This document shows, piece by piece, positions 52,601 through 64,000 of a stretch of 64,000 nucleotides of DNA. The position numbers were made by a program, and so were the translations under genes. How positions within the stretch are numbered: the stretch's first letter is position 1; every line of letters begins with the position of its first letter. The DNA is from Stegostoma tigrinum (taxonomy: Eukaryota), in contig NC_081365.1 in assembly GCF_030684315.1 (NCBI RefSeq), positions 56,908,481 through 56,972,480 on the forward strand, read 5' to 3'. Below the pieces are notes generated by a model. The model had not been told where the DNA came from, searched no databases, and was given only the letters and a program-made list of their open reading frames with translations.

Positions 52601-52984
52601 GGTTTTTTTGGAGGGAGATGTCAGATGTTAACACAGTTGGGTGGGATGTCATTGCTGAATCAGGAGCTCACTGAATAGTTACCAAGGAGTTAGAGCACAT
52701 TTATATATCTCTAACTTTTTGTAGGTAACTATTTAGTCATCAGAACCCTCCAAATTCTCAGATTTTAAGGGGCTTTTTCTGAGGATCCAAGCTGCAGAGC
52801 AATTATTCATCAGAAGTTTTCTGTTTCACAGGCAAATCCCTTGGAGTCAGCTGCATTGGGATTTCTGCATAGCCCCAAAGTGCAACTCCAGTTTGTTCTC
52901 CAGTCTACTTCAACCACTCTGGCAACCAGAATATCCGAGCCATTCCATTTTCTGCAGTAGAGATAACATTCTTTTTAAAATTGG

Positions 52985-53185
52985 GATTTTTACGTTCACT
53001 CAAGAAGGCAGATGAGACCATGTTTTAATATTACATCAGAGAAACAGCATCTTGGAGTGCACCACTCCCTCAAGACTGTGATGGAGTGTCAGATTTGACT
53101 TTTTTGTTTAGGTTCTAGAGTGGAACTTGAACTCTTGACCTTGCCACTCATTGACGACAGTGTGACCAACTGAGCCACAGCTTAC
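52985..53185 (-). mobile_element. DeuSINE (SacSINE1-like) 5' remnant
   Basis: Similar to 29080-29235; ends gagtggaacttgaac...ccaactgagccacagct (tRNA head). Confidence 0.65.
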
Positions 53186-54779
53186 ACTATCAATGTATTA
53201 GATGCAATTTTAGGATGAATAGGATTTATATTGATGGACCCAGCATCTTAGTTGAAACACAACGACATGAACTGTTACAACGTGACACAAACCTCTTGCA
53301 CATTGCAGAGTTTTAGCTGCCTTGTGACTTCCTCCAACTGTTCTAATACTGTATTATACATGTTATAATTGCAATAAAGTGCAGTGCTTATTTAAGCATC
53401 AAAATATTCATAATCAGATCACTTGAGTCCCTAATGAATCTTTGCAATAAAGATCACCACTGACAAAGATCTCTTTTAACAACGTACTAACCTGTTTCGA
53501 ACATTTGAAAATACGTTTGTTTCCTGTTGATTCTCAGCAGTTGAAATAACACAAAGCTTTTCTGTATGGATCAATACAGAATGTGATTTAATCTTCCTCC
53601 CTTTCTTTCTTAGCAAAACAAATTCAAATACATACTAGTCTCCTATCCAAAGACAATTACAGAATTAAATTGCTAATGGATTAGTATTGATGGTGTTTGT
53701 AAAAAGTAGAAAGAGTTCCGCCTTTTATTAACCTACAAAACACCATACATTTGACATGCTGTATTATCCTTGATGCACTCTATGGGGTACATGACTGAAA
53801 TGAAAATATCATCTTTAAGAAATATGCCTAAAGTTTTCACAACAAAAGATCAAGATCTTCCAATTGTTGACAAGTCACGTTTTTGTACTCTAGAAATATA
53901 TTGAGTATAATGTCTGTTTAATGGCTGCCAATGTTTCGTTCTTCACCTTTTGGAAAAGCATTAGTGAAGAATTTGGAGAATATTGATGCCAGGGCATTAC
54001 AATATTTTTACTTTAAATTGATTTCCTCAACCACTTCACAGAATGAATGCAAGCTGTTGTAGCTGTACACTTTATCAAGAATCTACTGCAGAAGGAGTTA
54101 GATACAAGAAACTGCTATAGCTGCAGCCCATTTTAGTTAGTCTGGTCTGGGCTGAATGATGGTCCAAACCTGAGCACAAATCCAACCCGAAACAATAACA
54201 AACAAGGTTATCTCCCTGACTGTCCTAAGTGTCACAACAACTGTGTAAAATGAATTTCAGGTTACTTGTTGACGATCCGTAACACAATTTCCAGTGAATG
54301 TAAATGTCAATGTTCAGCGCAGAATACCAAAAATTAGAGTTCCCATTTAGAGATAGATTACCAATGTATAACGTGGGAAGTTCACCATTATACTTTACCA
54401 AACTCAACGTTGAAACAAAGTGTTGGATCAAATTGATTAGAGCTTTCCCCTCTATCTGGCTACATCTGGTTTCTTTAATCCTGGCATGTGGATTTTCCAT
54501 TTCCAATTTAAGCATTCAGGTAACAGAACTGACATCTGAGTTTCCTTACCATCTAGAGTAAACCTGTGTCAATGTACCTTGTGAACTCCCAACAGAAAAT
54601 GTGGCTGCAGATGGAAATTCTCACAGTTACCATGAGAGCAGGGTACTGTGCTGTCCGATATAAAGGACTGCAATAGTATAAGCATGGCAATTAAGTAGTC
54701 TCAAGGCCACTTTAATCAGCATACAGAATGAGTGAATCACATTCGTCTCAATGGTGGAAACTTAATACATGGAGAGTGA

Positions 54780-56935
54780 GGTAGTTAATTGAGACTACAG
54801 GGTTCTGATTCTTAATAAAGGAAATCATGATGGTATGAGATGTGAGTTGACTATGAAGGACTAAAGTCATAGATAAGAGTCATGGAGCTGTACAGTACGG
54901 AAACAGACCCTTTGGTCAAACCCGTCCATGCTGACCAGACATCCTAAATTAATCTAGTCCCATTAGCCAGCACTTGGCCCAGATCCCCCTAAACCCTTCC
55001 TATTCATATACCCATCCAGATGCCTGATAATGTTATAATTGTACCAGCCTTCATCACTTCCTCTGGCAGCTCATTCCATACATGCGCCACCCTCTGTGAA
55101 AAAGCTTCCCCTTAAATCCCTTTTAAATCTTTCTCCTCTCACCTTAACCCTATGCTCTCTAGTTTTGGACTCTGCTACTCTGGGGAAAAGACTTTGGCTA
55201 TTCGCCCTAATTGTGCCCCTCATGATTTTATAAACTTCTATCAGGTCACCCCTCAGCCTCCGATCCTCCAAAGAAAATATTTCCAGCCTAGTAAGCCTCT
55301 TCTGGTAGCACAGGTCCTCCAACCCTCGCAACATCCTTGCAAACCTTTTCTGAACCCTCTCAAGTTGCACAATATCCTTCCTGTAGCAGGGAGACCAGAA
55401 CTGAACACAGTATTCCAAGAGTGACCAAACCAATGCTCTTTATGGCTGCAGCATGACATCTCAACTCCTGCTGGGAAATGTTACTGAAAGGAATGACAGT
55501 GGAGAGACAGTGGCAAACGTTTAAAAAGTGAATGGATGAACTACAAAATTTTTTATTCCTGTGTGATGCAAGAGTAGAAACAGAACAGTGGCCCAACCAT
55601 GGGCTTATGATAATAAGTTAGATAGTGTTAGATGCACAAATTAGCAAGAAATAAACAATAAACCTGAAGTCTGGGAATCGTTTAGAAGTTAGGCAAAGGA
55701 GAACCAAAGGATTGATTAAGAAGAGGAAAATAGATTATGAGAGTAAACTTTCTGGGAACATACGAACGAACTGTAAAAGTTTCTACAGGTATGTAAAGAG
55801 AAAAAGATTGGTGAAAATTAATGTAGGTCCCTTATAATCAGAAGCAGGGGAATTTATAATTGGGAACAAAGAAATGGCTGATGAATTAAATTCATACTTT
55901 GCTTCTGTTTTCACAAAGGAGGATATAAGTAATGTACCAGGAATGATAGGGAATACAGAGTTCAGTGCCAGAGAAGACGCGAAGCAAATCTGTTATCAGT
56001 AGAGAAATTGAATTGATGAGATTGACAGGTTTGAAAGCTGATAACTCCCCAGGATCTGTTAATCTATATCCTAGAGTACTTATGGAAGTGGACCAAGAAA
56101 TAGTGGATGCACTGGCATTCAGTATTACCGTCCAATATGCAAGAGACTCTGGTGTAATTCCTACAGACTGGAGGGTAGATAATGGAACTCCACTATTTAA
56201 AAAGGGAGGTTAAAAGAAATTTAGAAACATACATCAGTGGTAGAATCACACAGTCAGCATGGATTTACAGAAGTGAAATCATGCTTGACATATCTAATGT
56301 AATTCTTTGAGGATGTAACTGGTAGAATTTATGAACGGGAGCCAGTGTATGTGGTTTATTTGGACTTTCAGCTGTCTTCAGACAAAGTCCCACATAAAAT
56401 GCTAATATATAAAATTAAAGCACATGGGTTTGGGACTAGTGAATTAGGATGGATAGAAAATTGGTTAGTAGACAGGAAACAAAGGAGGAATAAATGGGTC
56501 TTTTTTCTGAATGGCATATAGTGACGAGTGGGATACTGTAGAGATTGGTACCAGGACCCATTCATAACATACGTTAATGATTAAGAGGAGGGAACTAGAT
56601 ATAATCTTTCGACATTTGCAGACGATACAAAACTGGGTGGAAGGATGAGTTGAAAAGAAGATGCAGAGATGATGCAGTGTGATTTGGACAGGCTGAGCAA
56701 GTAGGAACATGCATGGCAGGTGGAGTATAATAGAGGTTACCCACTTTGGTAGCAAAAATAGAAAGGTAGATTATTATTTAAATAGCTGTAAATTGACAGA
56801 GGAGAATGTTCAATGAGACCGGGGTGTCCTCGTGCACCAGTCACTGAAAGTAAGTGTGTAGGTGCACTGGAGTCCGGTAGAATGAATGGGGATTTCCTGG
56901 AAACTTATGAATTCTAACAGGACTAGAGAGGGTAG
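54780..56935 (+). mobile_element. CR1 LINE ORF2 fragment interrupted by a minus-strand CR1 3' end (about 54870-55470)
   Basis: ORF 55965..56213 (LKADNSPG, DWRVDNGTPLFKKG), FADDTKLGG remnant near 56615; nested ORF 55071..55433 (LEYCVQFWSP, RLRGDLIEVYKI). Confidence 0.88.
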
Positions 56936-57533
56936 ATATACACATGTACAAATAAGTGCACACAAAAACACTCTGGGTGTTATGAGCAGAGTGAAGACTG
57001 GAAACAAAGTTCCCTGGTACCTGTCTATAGTGTTCATTGAAATGACCCTTCTGCTGATCAGAACATTGCTCCTTGATCTTGCTTCTCCAGGTACATATGC
57101 TCATGCATGAGACAGGTCGTGAGTGGCTCATACTTTTAGGGGTCTCAGAATTATTAACTAAAAATCACAGGTTCCAGCAACTGATCAGGGAAGTGAACAT
57201 GGTATCTTCATGCTTTTTACTGCAGAGCAAAAAACAGCTTCTCCCTTCTCAGAGGCCTGATAGCTTATGCCTATCTTGTTCACACCTCCAAGCTGTTCAG
57301 CTACCTGGGGCCAGTCACATAATTGTTGGCAGGAGGCATTTATCATTGATAGCTGGTGACCATGTTAAAGATCAATTGTTGCTAGCCAAATCTCCATTTG
57401 TACACAAGTCACAGACTCTAGCTTGTCTGTAACTAAGCTTTCCCTAAAGCTGGCTAATAGCTCTGTAAACAGCATTTACAATGAGGGTCAGTTAACTTGC
57501 TTTTAAAAATACATCAATCCTTCAAACTTCCTT

Positions 57534-57670
57534 AATAAAAAAACCTAAAGAACTGCAGATGCTGTAAATCAGGAAGAAAATCAGAAGTTGCTAGAAAAGA
57601 TCAGCAGGTCTGGCAGCTTCAGTGAAAAAAAATGTCATTTTGGGTCCAGTGACACTTCCTGAGAAACTAA
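57534..57670 (-). mobile_element. Old Penelope terminal-repeat fragment
   Basis: aagaactgcagatgctg...tgggtccagtgacacttcctgag; approximate TSD ccttcaaa(ct/ac)tcctt at 57519-57533 and 57671-57685. Confidence 0.65.
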
Positions 57671-58647
57671 CCTTCAAAACTCCTTGTTTTTCTTATTGTT
57701 AATGCTATTGTTATTGTTATTCCTTGTTCTTATTATCTCGGTATTGGTTTTCTTGAAAATGTCCATTGCCTGTTTTGTTCCATAATCAAAAATAGAGAAA
57801 AATGAAAAGAATCTATCTTTATATTTGCCACTTAACAACTCAAGACTGAATGTTGACCAGGTATAGTCAACATATGGACCTAGTCTGTTTCAGAAGAGTC
57901 AAGAACAGTGCTGAACATTGTGCAATTAGCAGTAAACTTCCCTACTTTTGATTTTATGACAGATGAGAGGTCATTGATGAAGCAGAGGAATATGTTTAGG
58001 CCTGGAACACCATTCTAAGAACTCCTTCAGATGTAATCCTGGGCTGAGATGATGGAGCCTTAACAACCTAAACCAGTTCTGTTTAGGCATGTATCTAGTA
58101 GTGGAAAGAATTCCCCCTCCACCTCCCATTCCTACTGACTCCCAGTTTGCTGTGGCTCCCTGATGCCACACTTGTTTGAATGCTGCCTCGATGACAAGTA
58201 TAGTTACTCTCACCACATCTCTGGAATTCGGATTTTTTAATCCATGAAGTCAGGACACAATTGTGTGCCAATAGACAGATTGTTCCTTTGAAAGTGCCAC
58301 TTGGACAGCAGTGGTGATAATCCCTTACATAATTTTGCTGATAATTCAGAGTAGACTAATGTGGTGGTAACTGGCCTGACTTGTCCTGGCTTTTGACGTA
58401 CCCGAACAATTTTCCACATTGTCAGTGCTGTAGCTGTACTGGAACATCTTAGTTAGAGGTACAGCTGAAATGTTTGAAGACCCATTGTCTTTGCAGTTTC
58501 TCCACAAATGTATACTGGTTCCACAATAATCGAGCACTGGAAGTAACATCTTACTGATATTGACATGGACAAGTGCATCTACAGGAAGCAGATTGTCGAG
58601 GAAAAGAACACGTTGAGTATTTCCTCACTAGCTGTCTCAGATCCAGT

Positions 58648-59078
58648 CAATACAGTGTGCAGCTGGAGGAACACACGTCAGTCAGCATCAGAGGAGTAGA
58701 AGAGTCAATGTTATAGGTCTGGACCCTTCAAAAGGACTGGGGAGGAGGAAGAGAGCTGGGAAATAAATGGAGGGAAGAGAGGTGGGGCTGTGGGAAGGTA
58801 GGTGGGATGGTGATTGGTGGATACAGATAGGGGTAGAGGGGATTGGTCAGTGGGAAGGGTGGGGGAGGAGATGGACAGGTAGCATCAGGCCAAGGAGATG
58901 GGGATCAGCGGGAAGACTGGACATGGGATAAGGCCAAGGTGTGGAGATTTTGAAACTGGTGAATTTTATGTAAAGGCCTTCAGGCTGTAGGTTCCTGAGG
59001 CAGAATATGAGGTGTTGTTCCTCCAGCTCCACACTGTTTCAAGTCTGACTCCAGCATATGCAGTTCTTGCTATCTCCC
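58648..59078 (-). mobile_element. Penelope-like element 3' fragment (second subfamily) with inverted terminal piece
   Basis: ORF 58847..59032 (LEEQHLIFCLRNLQPEGLYIKFTSFKI) is homologous to the GIY-YIG C-terminus near 47.9 kb; cagatccagt duplicated at 58638 and 59084. Confidence 0.8.
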
Positions 59079-59229
59079 TGCCACAGATCCAGTATACTTG
59101 CTACAAATTTTGGAACTTGACCAATTTGGTCAGTAGTGCGTGCAACTGAATCATATTGAAGTCCCCCATGCAGTGTACATTCTGGCCATGTTACCCTTAG
59201 TGATTCTTCTAAGTAACGTAACATGGAGA

Positions 59230-59690
59230 CGCATTGATCATTAGATGAGGCAGGATGGTAAGTTGTAAATAGCAGGAGGTTTCTTTTCCATGCTTGGCCT
59301 AATGATGCAGACTGGCTTTTTTACTTAGTTCAGAAATACGTGCAAAATTAACAAGTGTGGGATGGCATCTAGACACTGATGAAATGAGATAGGAATGCTC
59401 AGATGGATGTGTGAACTGATGGAAAAGGACAATCAGGAGACTGCACATTGCGGGGGGTCTGTGAAGATTGTGGGAGCATTGAAGAAAACAAAGAAGACAT
59501 TGAAACAGCCATTTGTTATAGAGAGACAGCAAGGTATGTGTTGAGTTCGTAACTAAGATCAGAAAAGAAAAAGAGAAGATGATCTAAGATCAGATGGAAG
59601 GACACCATAATAAGAGATTTTAATACAGCAGGATTCAAGAGGAATGAATAATTGACAGCAGGAGATGAAGCAGGATGATCAACAAATATT
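59230..59690 (+). mobile_element. RTE-clade LINE C-terminal remnant
   Basis: atgctcagatggatgtgt (MLRWMC) and aagatcagatggaaggac (KIRWKD) motifs typical of the RTE ORF end. Confidence 0.5.
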
Positions 59691-59719
59691 ATGACTATTC
59701 CAAGCAAAATGGAAGAAAC

Positions 59720-60030
59720 TAAGAGAAAAATGAGGGGTGATCTCATAGAAACATATAAGATTGAGCTGGGGCTGGACAGGTTAGATATGGGAAGATTGTG
59801 CCCAATGTTGGGGAAGTCAGGAACTAGGGGTTGCAAGCTAAGAATAAGGGGTAAGCTATTCAGAACTGAGATGAGGAAGAATTTCTTCACTCAAAGAATT
59901 GTGAACCTGTGGAATTCTCTACCTGAGGAAGCTGTTCGGCTGTACATTAGACATATTCAAGAGGTCACTGGATGTGGCCTTTGTGGCTAAAAGGATCAAG
60001 GGGCACAGAGAGAGGGCAGGAATGGGATAC
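59720..60030 (+). mobile_element. CR1 3' fragment
   Basis: MRGDLIETYKI...FFTQRIVNLWNSLP in ORF 59691..59990. Confidence 0.85.
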
Positions 60031-61159
60031 CATAAAAGGTTGCAGCAGACATTAAAGAGCAGACTAATGTCAAGACAAAGTCATTGAGTTAGAAAAAATA
60101 TAGATCTCAGTACTTAACAGTGAGCACTCTGTCATTAACATGGGTTTCCTTGATAAGCAATGTCTGGTTAAACAGTAATAAATTATGTCAATTTTAGTGG
60201 TAAGACTTCTCATCTTGTCATAACAGACCGGAGATAGCTAATGTATTTTTGACAGTTTTTTTATTTGATATATTTAGGCATTAAGGATTAGACAGCAGCC
60301 TATGAAATCATAGCTGGTTTCAACAAGGCAATTCCTCCTTCTTTGCCTCCCATTTCATGGTCCCATTTCAAGGCCTTTCATGAAATTGATTATTTAGACA
60401 AAGAGCTGATCTTACAAATGCTGTTGATTAATGAGCTACAAATTTATTGAGGAAGTTAATGAACTGCCCAAAACAGCCAGCATGCTTAACATGCCATAAG
60501 TGGAATCGTTGTAATTGGCTCATGTGATAATGGGAATTGATTGCACTGTTTGATTGACATGATAAGTGTGGACAGTGTAGTTCATTTGGAGAATATTAAG
60601 TTAAAGGATGCAGATGACAACAAAATTACAGAGACAGGACAAGGTAAGTCACTGAGTGACAGAGACTTTTTGGTTAGATGAAGAAGTAGACAAACTACTC
60701 TGTAAACTGGGTACAAGAAAATTTGACCGTTTCGGCATTCCGGGTTACCTTTCCAAAGAAAGCAGCAGTGGACTATAATTGGCAGGAAGTAAACATAACA
60801 CATCTACCTGTGTGCTATTTGCACACATGAAGGAAATTGGCTGATAATTCCAAACCACAGTGGCAGTGCTGTACTGTTCTATAACAAGTAGAATGATGCA
60901 AGTATCCATGCTAAAAGTTTACACATTTAATGCTGGCCCACAGGATACTCCAAAAGAACTCTCAGTCTAAACCCCTGTTTCATAACTTCATTACAGATGC
61001 ATAGGCTGCTTTGTTTTTCCTCTAGCCACTAGCTTTAGGGAATTTCGTAAGTAATCAAGATCATGGAAATCAAAATAATTGAGGAACTGGATGCAAAAAC
61101 AGTGAAGAAACACTGTTTATTGTCACTAGATTTTTTTTACAAAAAAGTTCTCTTCCTAG

Positions 61160-61535
61160 CCTATCAGATATTTGTATAATATCATGAGAGGGCTTGACAG
61201 GGTGAATCCTGAAAGTATGTTTCTCTTTATGGGAGAGACTATGAATAAGGAAGATATTTGAAAAATACAGGCTGTCTGATTTACGACAGAGATAAGGGGG
61301 TCACGGTTTTTTCTCAGAGGGTCATGAGTCTTTGGAACAATCTTCCCCAGAGAAATACAGAGGCGGGGGGCCAATGAACACTCTTAAGGCAGTGGTAGAG
61401 AGATTCTTGACTGTTTAACAAAGGAGCCAAAAGTGGAGGTAAAATGTGGAGTTGAGGCCAAAGTCAGACCAGCTGTGAATTTAATGAAAGGCCAAAAGGG
61501 CTAGAGGCATTGAACGCTTACTTCTGACTGCTCCA
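61160..61535 (+). mobile_element. Decayed CR1 3' fragment
   Basis: gggcttgacagggtg, ttctcagagggtcatgagtctttggaac and 3' UTR remnants. Confidence 0.7.
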
Positions 61536-62094
61536 AGTTCAGACTTGTTCTGGGAGGTGGTTAATTGACAGCACTTGAACCCATGCCCTTGAAAGTGGAT
61601 GTACACTGGTTACTCCATCTGAACAGAATCATGACAGATACATCTTTTACACACATCGTATGTTCACACACATACGTTTTCGATAAGCGATTTTGATAAA
61701 CATCAGATTTTGGTGCCCTTACTGATGGCACCCCCTTTAGGATACTGGAATCATTCAACTGTCTTTTAACTATTGACTGAGTTGATATCAACGCTTGACT
61801 TTGTCGTTATGGCCACTAGTTGGCTGAGGGGAGAAAAAGGCTGATTTTGTGGACAATACCTGTATGTTATTGTGAATTCTGAAGAATCCGAAATGTTAAC
61901 TCTGCTCTCTCTCCACAGAAGCTGCCAGACCTACTGAGAAATTCCAGCAATTTCTGTTTGGTTCCTGAATGGTAATATTTTGTTTTGGGTAAGCCTGGGG
62001 AGGAAATTGGCAAGATACCATTGTCAAGCTGAATTCTGCTCCCTCAGGCCTGCAGTCTTGCAGCAAATTTCCATGGAGTGATCAAGAGTTGAAG

Positions 62095-62293
62095 ATACAA
62101 AGAACTGCAGATGCTGGAGTCAGAGATAACACAGTACGGAGATGGAGACGCACAGCAGGCCAAGCAGCATCAGATGAGCAGGAAAGTTAATGTTTTGAGT
62201 CAGGACCCTGAAGGTTTCTCACGAAGGGTCCCAACCAGAAATGTCAACTGATGCTGCCTGGTGTGCTCTGTTCCTCCAGCTCCACACTGTGTT
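62095..62293. mobile_element. Fold-back Penelope-derived element (second subfamily)
   Basis: Arms gataacacagt.ggagatggag / ctccagctccacactgtgttatc; TSD atcaaga(g/t)ttgaag at 62081-62094 and 62294-62307. Confidence 0.75.
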
Positions 62294-63094
62294 ATCAAGA
62301 TTTGAAGCTCAGTTTATTTACTCCATCTAACTAAGGGCACTGTAATCAATTATAAACACTGTCCTGGCTGATATCAGCACAGTCCAGGACTGTACAGTTC
62401 AGCTCCTCACTGAATAAACTCACGAAACCACTTTGTATGTTTGCTCAGGCAAGGTCTCGATGTTCATTCCTAATTGCTTCTGCCACCATTTCCAGGAAAA
62501 AATACATAGTGGCAGATGTTAGTCATGGAGACGGGTGAAAGCAGTTGGGTTTAGTTGACCGCTTTTAAGTAACAATTACATTTTAAAGCATGCTCACTGA
62601 CATGTAAAATGTTTCTTTTAAGTTTCCAAGCATTCTCTCATCAGAAAATGTACTGTTTTTTTGCTTTGTTTTGTGGCTCTATCTTCTCTGAGTTAGATAT
62701 TTCAAAGGCTTTCTTCTCAAATTGTGTAACTAGTTCTTAATGTGTTAACAGCTGTTCTGTTATTTTGATAAACTGCAATTATTGCACAAACTATTGTGAT
62801 TTGGTTTTAACTTTCTATCATGGATTGAATTTTTTATGGAATGATGAAGATAACATTAGCTGAAAAGTTGGGGCATGAGTTTTAGTCTGCTTGGCTGGGT
62901 AGACCTGAGTTGACTTTGTGCTTGTCAAGCAGTCAGCTCACTCAGAGGAGGACTCAGGCTGCCACCTGGGAGGGGGCTCACATCCATCTCAGAGGGGTCT
63001 TGCCTCCAGGAGTTGCCAGTCAACCAGATAACCAGCAGCTTTTGAGTCCCAGTGGTGCCGCCAACAGTAGGCCATTCCCAAAGGCATTTCTTAT

Positions 63095-63383
63095 AGAATT
63101 TTAGAATCCGCACAGTGTGAAAACAAGCCCTTCGGTCCAACAAGTCTTTGTCAACCCTTGGAGCATCCCACCCGGACCCATCCCCCTATAACCCTCACAT
63201 CCCTGATCACTACAGGCAATTTAGTATGTCCAATCCACCTAGCCTGCACATTTTTGGACTGTGGGAGGTAACTGGAGCACACGAGGAAAATGTGCAAACT
63301 CCACATAGACAGTCGTCCAAGGGTGGATTCGAACCTGGGTCCCTGGTGCTGTGAGCATGCAGTGCTAACCACTGAGCCACCGT
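63095..63383 (-). mobile_element. HE1-type V-SINE
   Basis: Reverse complement of the 25917-26230 type: cagtgctaaccactgagccaccgt head, V-domain and tail. Confidence 0.85.
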
Positions 63384-64000
63384 ACAACTGAGTAAGTTGG
63401 GGGCTACTGCCACACCAGTCCAGCAGACCTCACTGTGAGGAGTGGAGAACCAAGTGCAGGAGGGCGGGCATGGAGAAACCACATGGTCAGTGGAGGGTAA
63501 GTATCATGGCAGAAGTCTCCAGCAGGCGCAGGGTATATGAAGAGAAGGAACGTAGCAAGCAGCACCTTCAAAATTTCACCACACAAGAGCTTCAAGGGCA
63601 GACAAACAACTAGGCACATCCTTCAATGTTGGTGAAATGCCTTCAGATGAGAGTGGATGATAAGTGAAGTGACACTGCCACAGCACCCAATTTTACAGCC
63701 TTCCTCTTCCCCATTACCCTCTCCCTACATTCCACTTCTGCACCATTCCACTCCACAATACACACACACCACAGAGTCTCTCCTGGGCTCTATACCTTCA
63801 CCTGATGGTTTTCATTTCATGGGGCAAGTACTGACTTTGGTTAATATTGTAACACGACCAGATTAGTTCAGCCTCTCCCTGCATATTCTTCAATCGAGGA
63901 AAAAATATGGTCTGTCTATTCCATGTTGCAAATTTTATACTGTGATAGAACTTAAAATTATATCACATATATTCAAGATATTCAAAATGGAACTCACTAT

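Noticed and set aside
49682-64000. Dystrophin exon 60 equivalent
   Set aside because: I found no 147-nt exon ending in a RWKxLQ-type peptide by eye; it probably lies beyond the window.

Overview
Eukaryotic, intron-rich DNA from a cartilaginous fish; shark is inferred from HE1-type V-SINEs, SacSINE/Deu-type SINEs and HER1/CR1 LINEs. The window carries the 3' part of the dystrophin gene (DMD) on the minus strand. Six internal exons match human exons 61-66 in length (79, 61, 62, 75, 202, 86 nt), phase and translation (end of spectrin repeat 24/hinge 4, WW domain, EF-hand region). A Dp71-type alternative first exon (MKEQLKG) lies in a GC/CpG-rich region of intron 62. The rest is intron filled with decayed retroelements: CR1, L2 and RTE fragments, SINEs, and a decayed Ty3/Gypsy element with nested insertions. 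There are also many Penelope-like (PLE) fragments. Their terminal repeats carry minimal hammerhead-ribozyme motifs and often form short fold-back elements flanked by 10-16 bp target-site duplications. Nearly all ORFs in the supplied track are retroelement debris or chance. Exon coordinates were counted by hand from splice signals; repeat boundaries are approximate.
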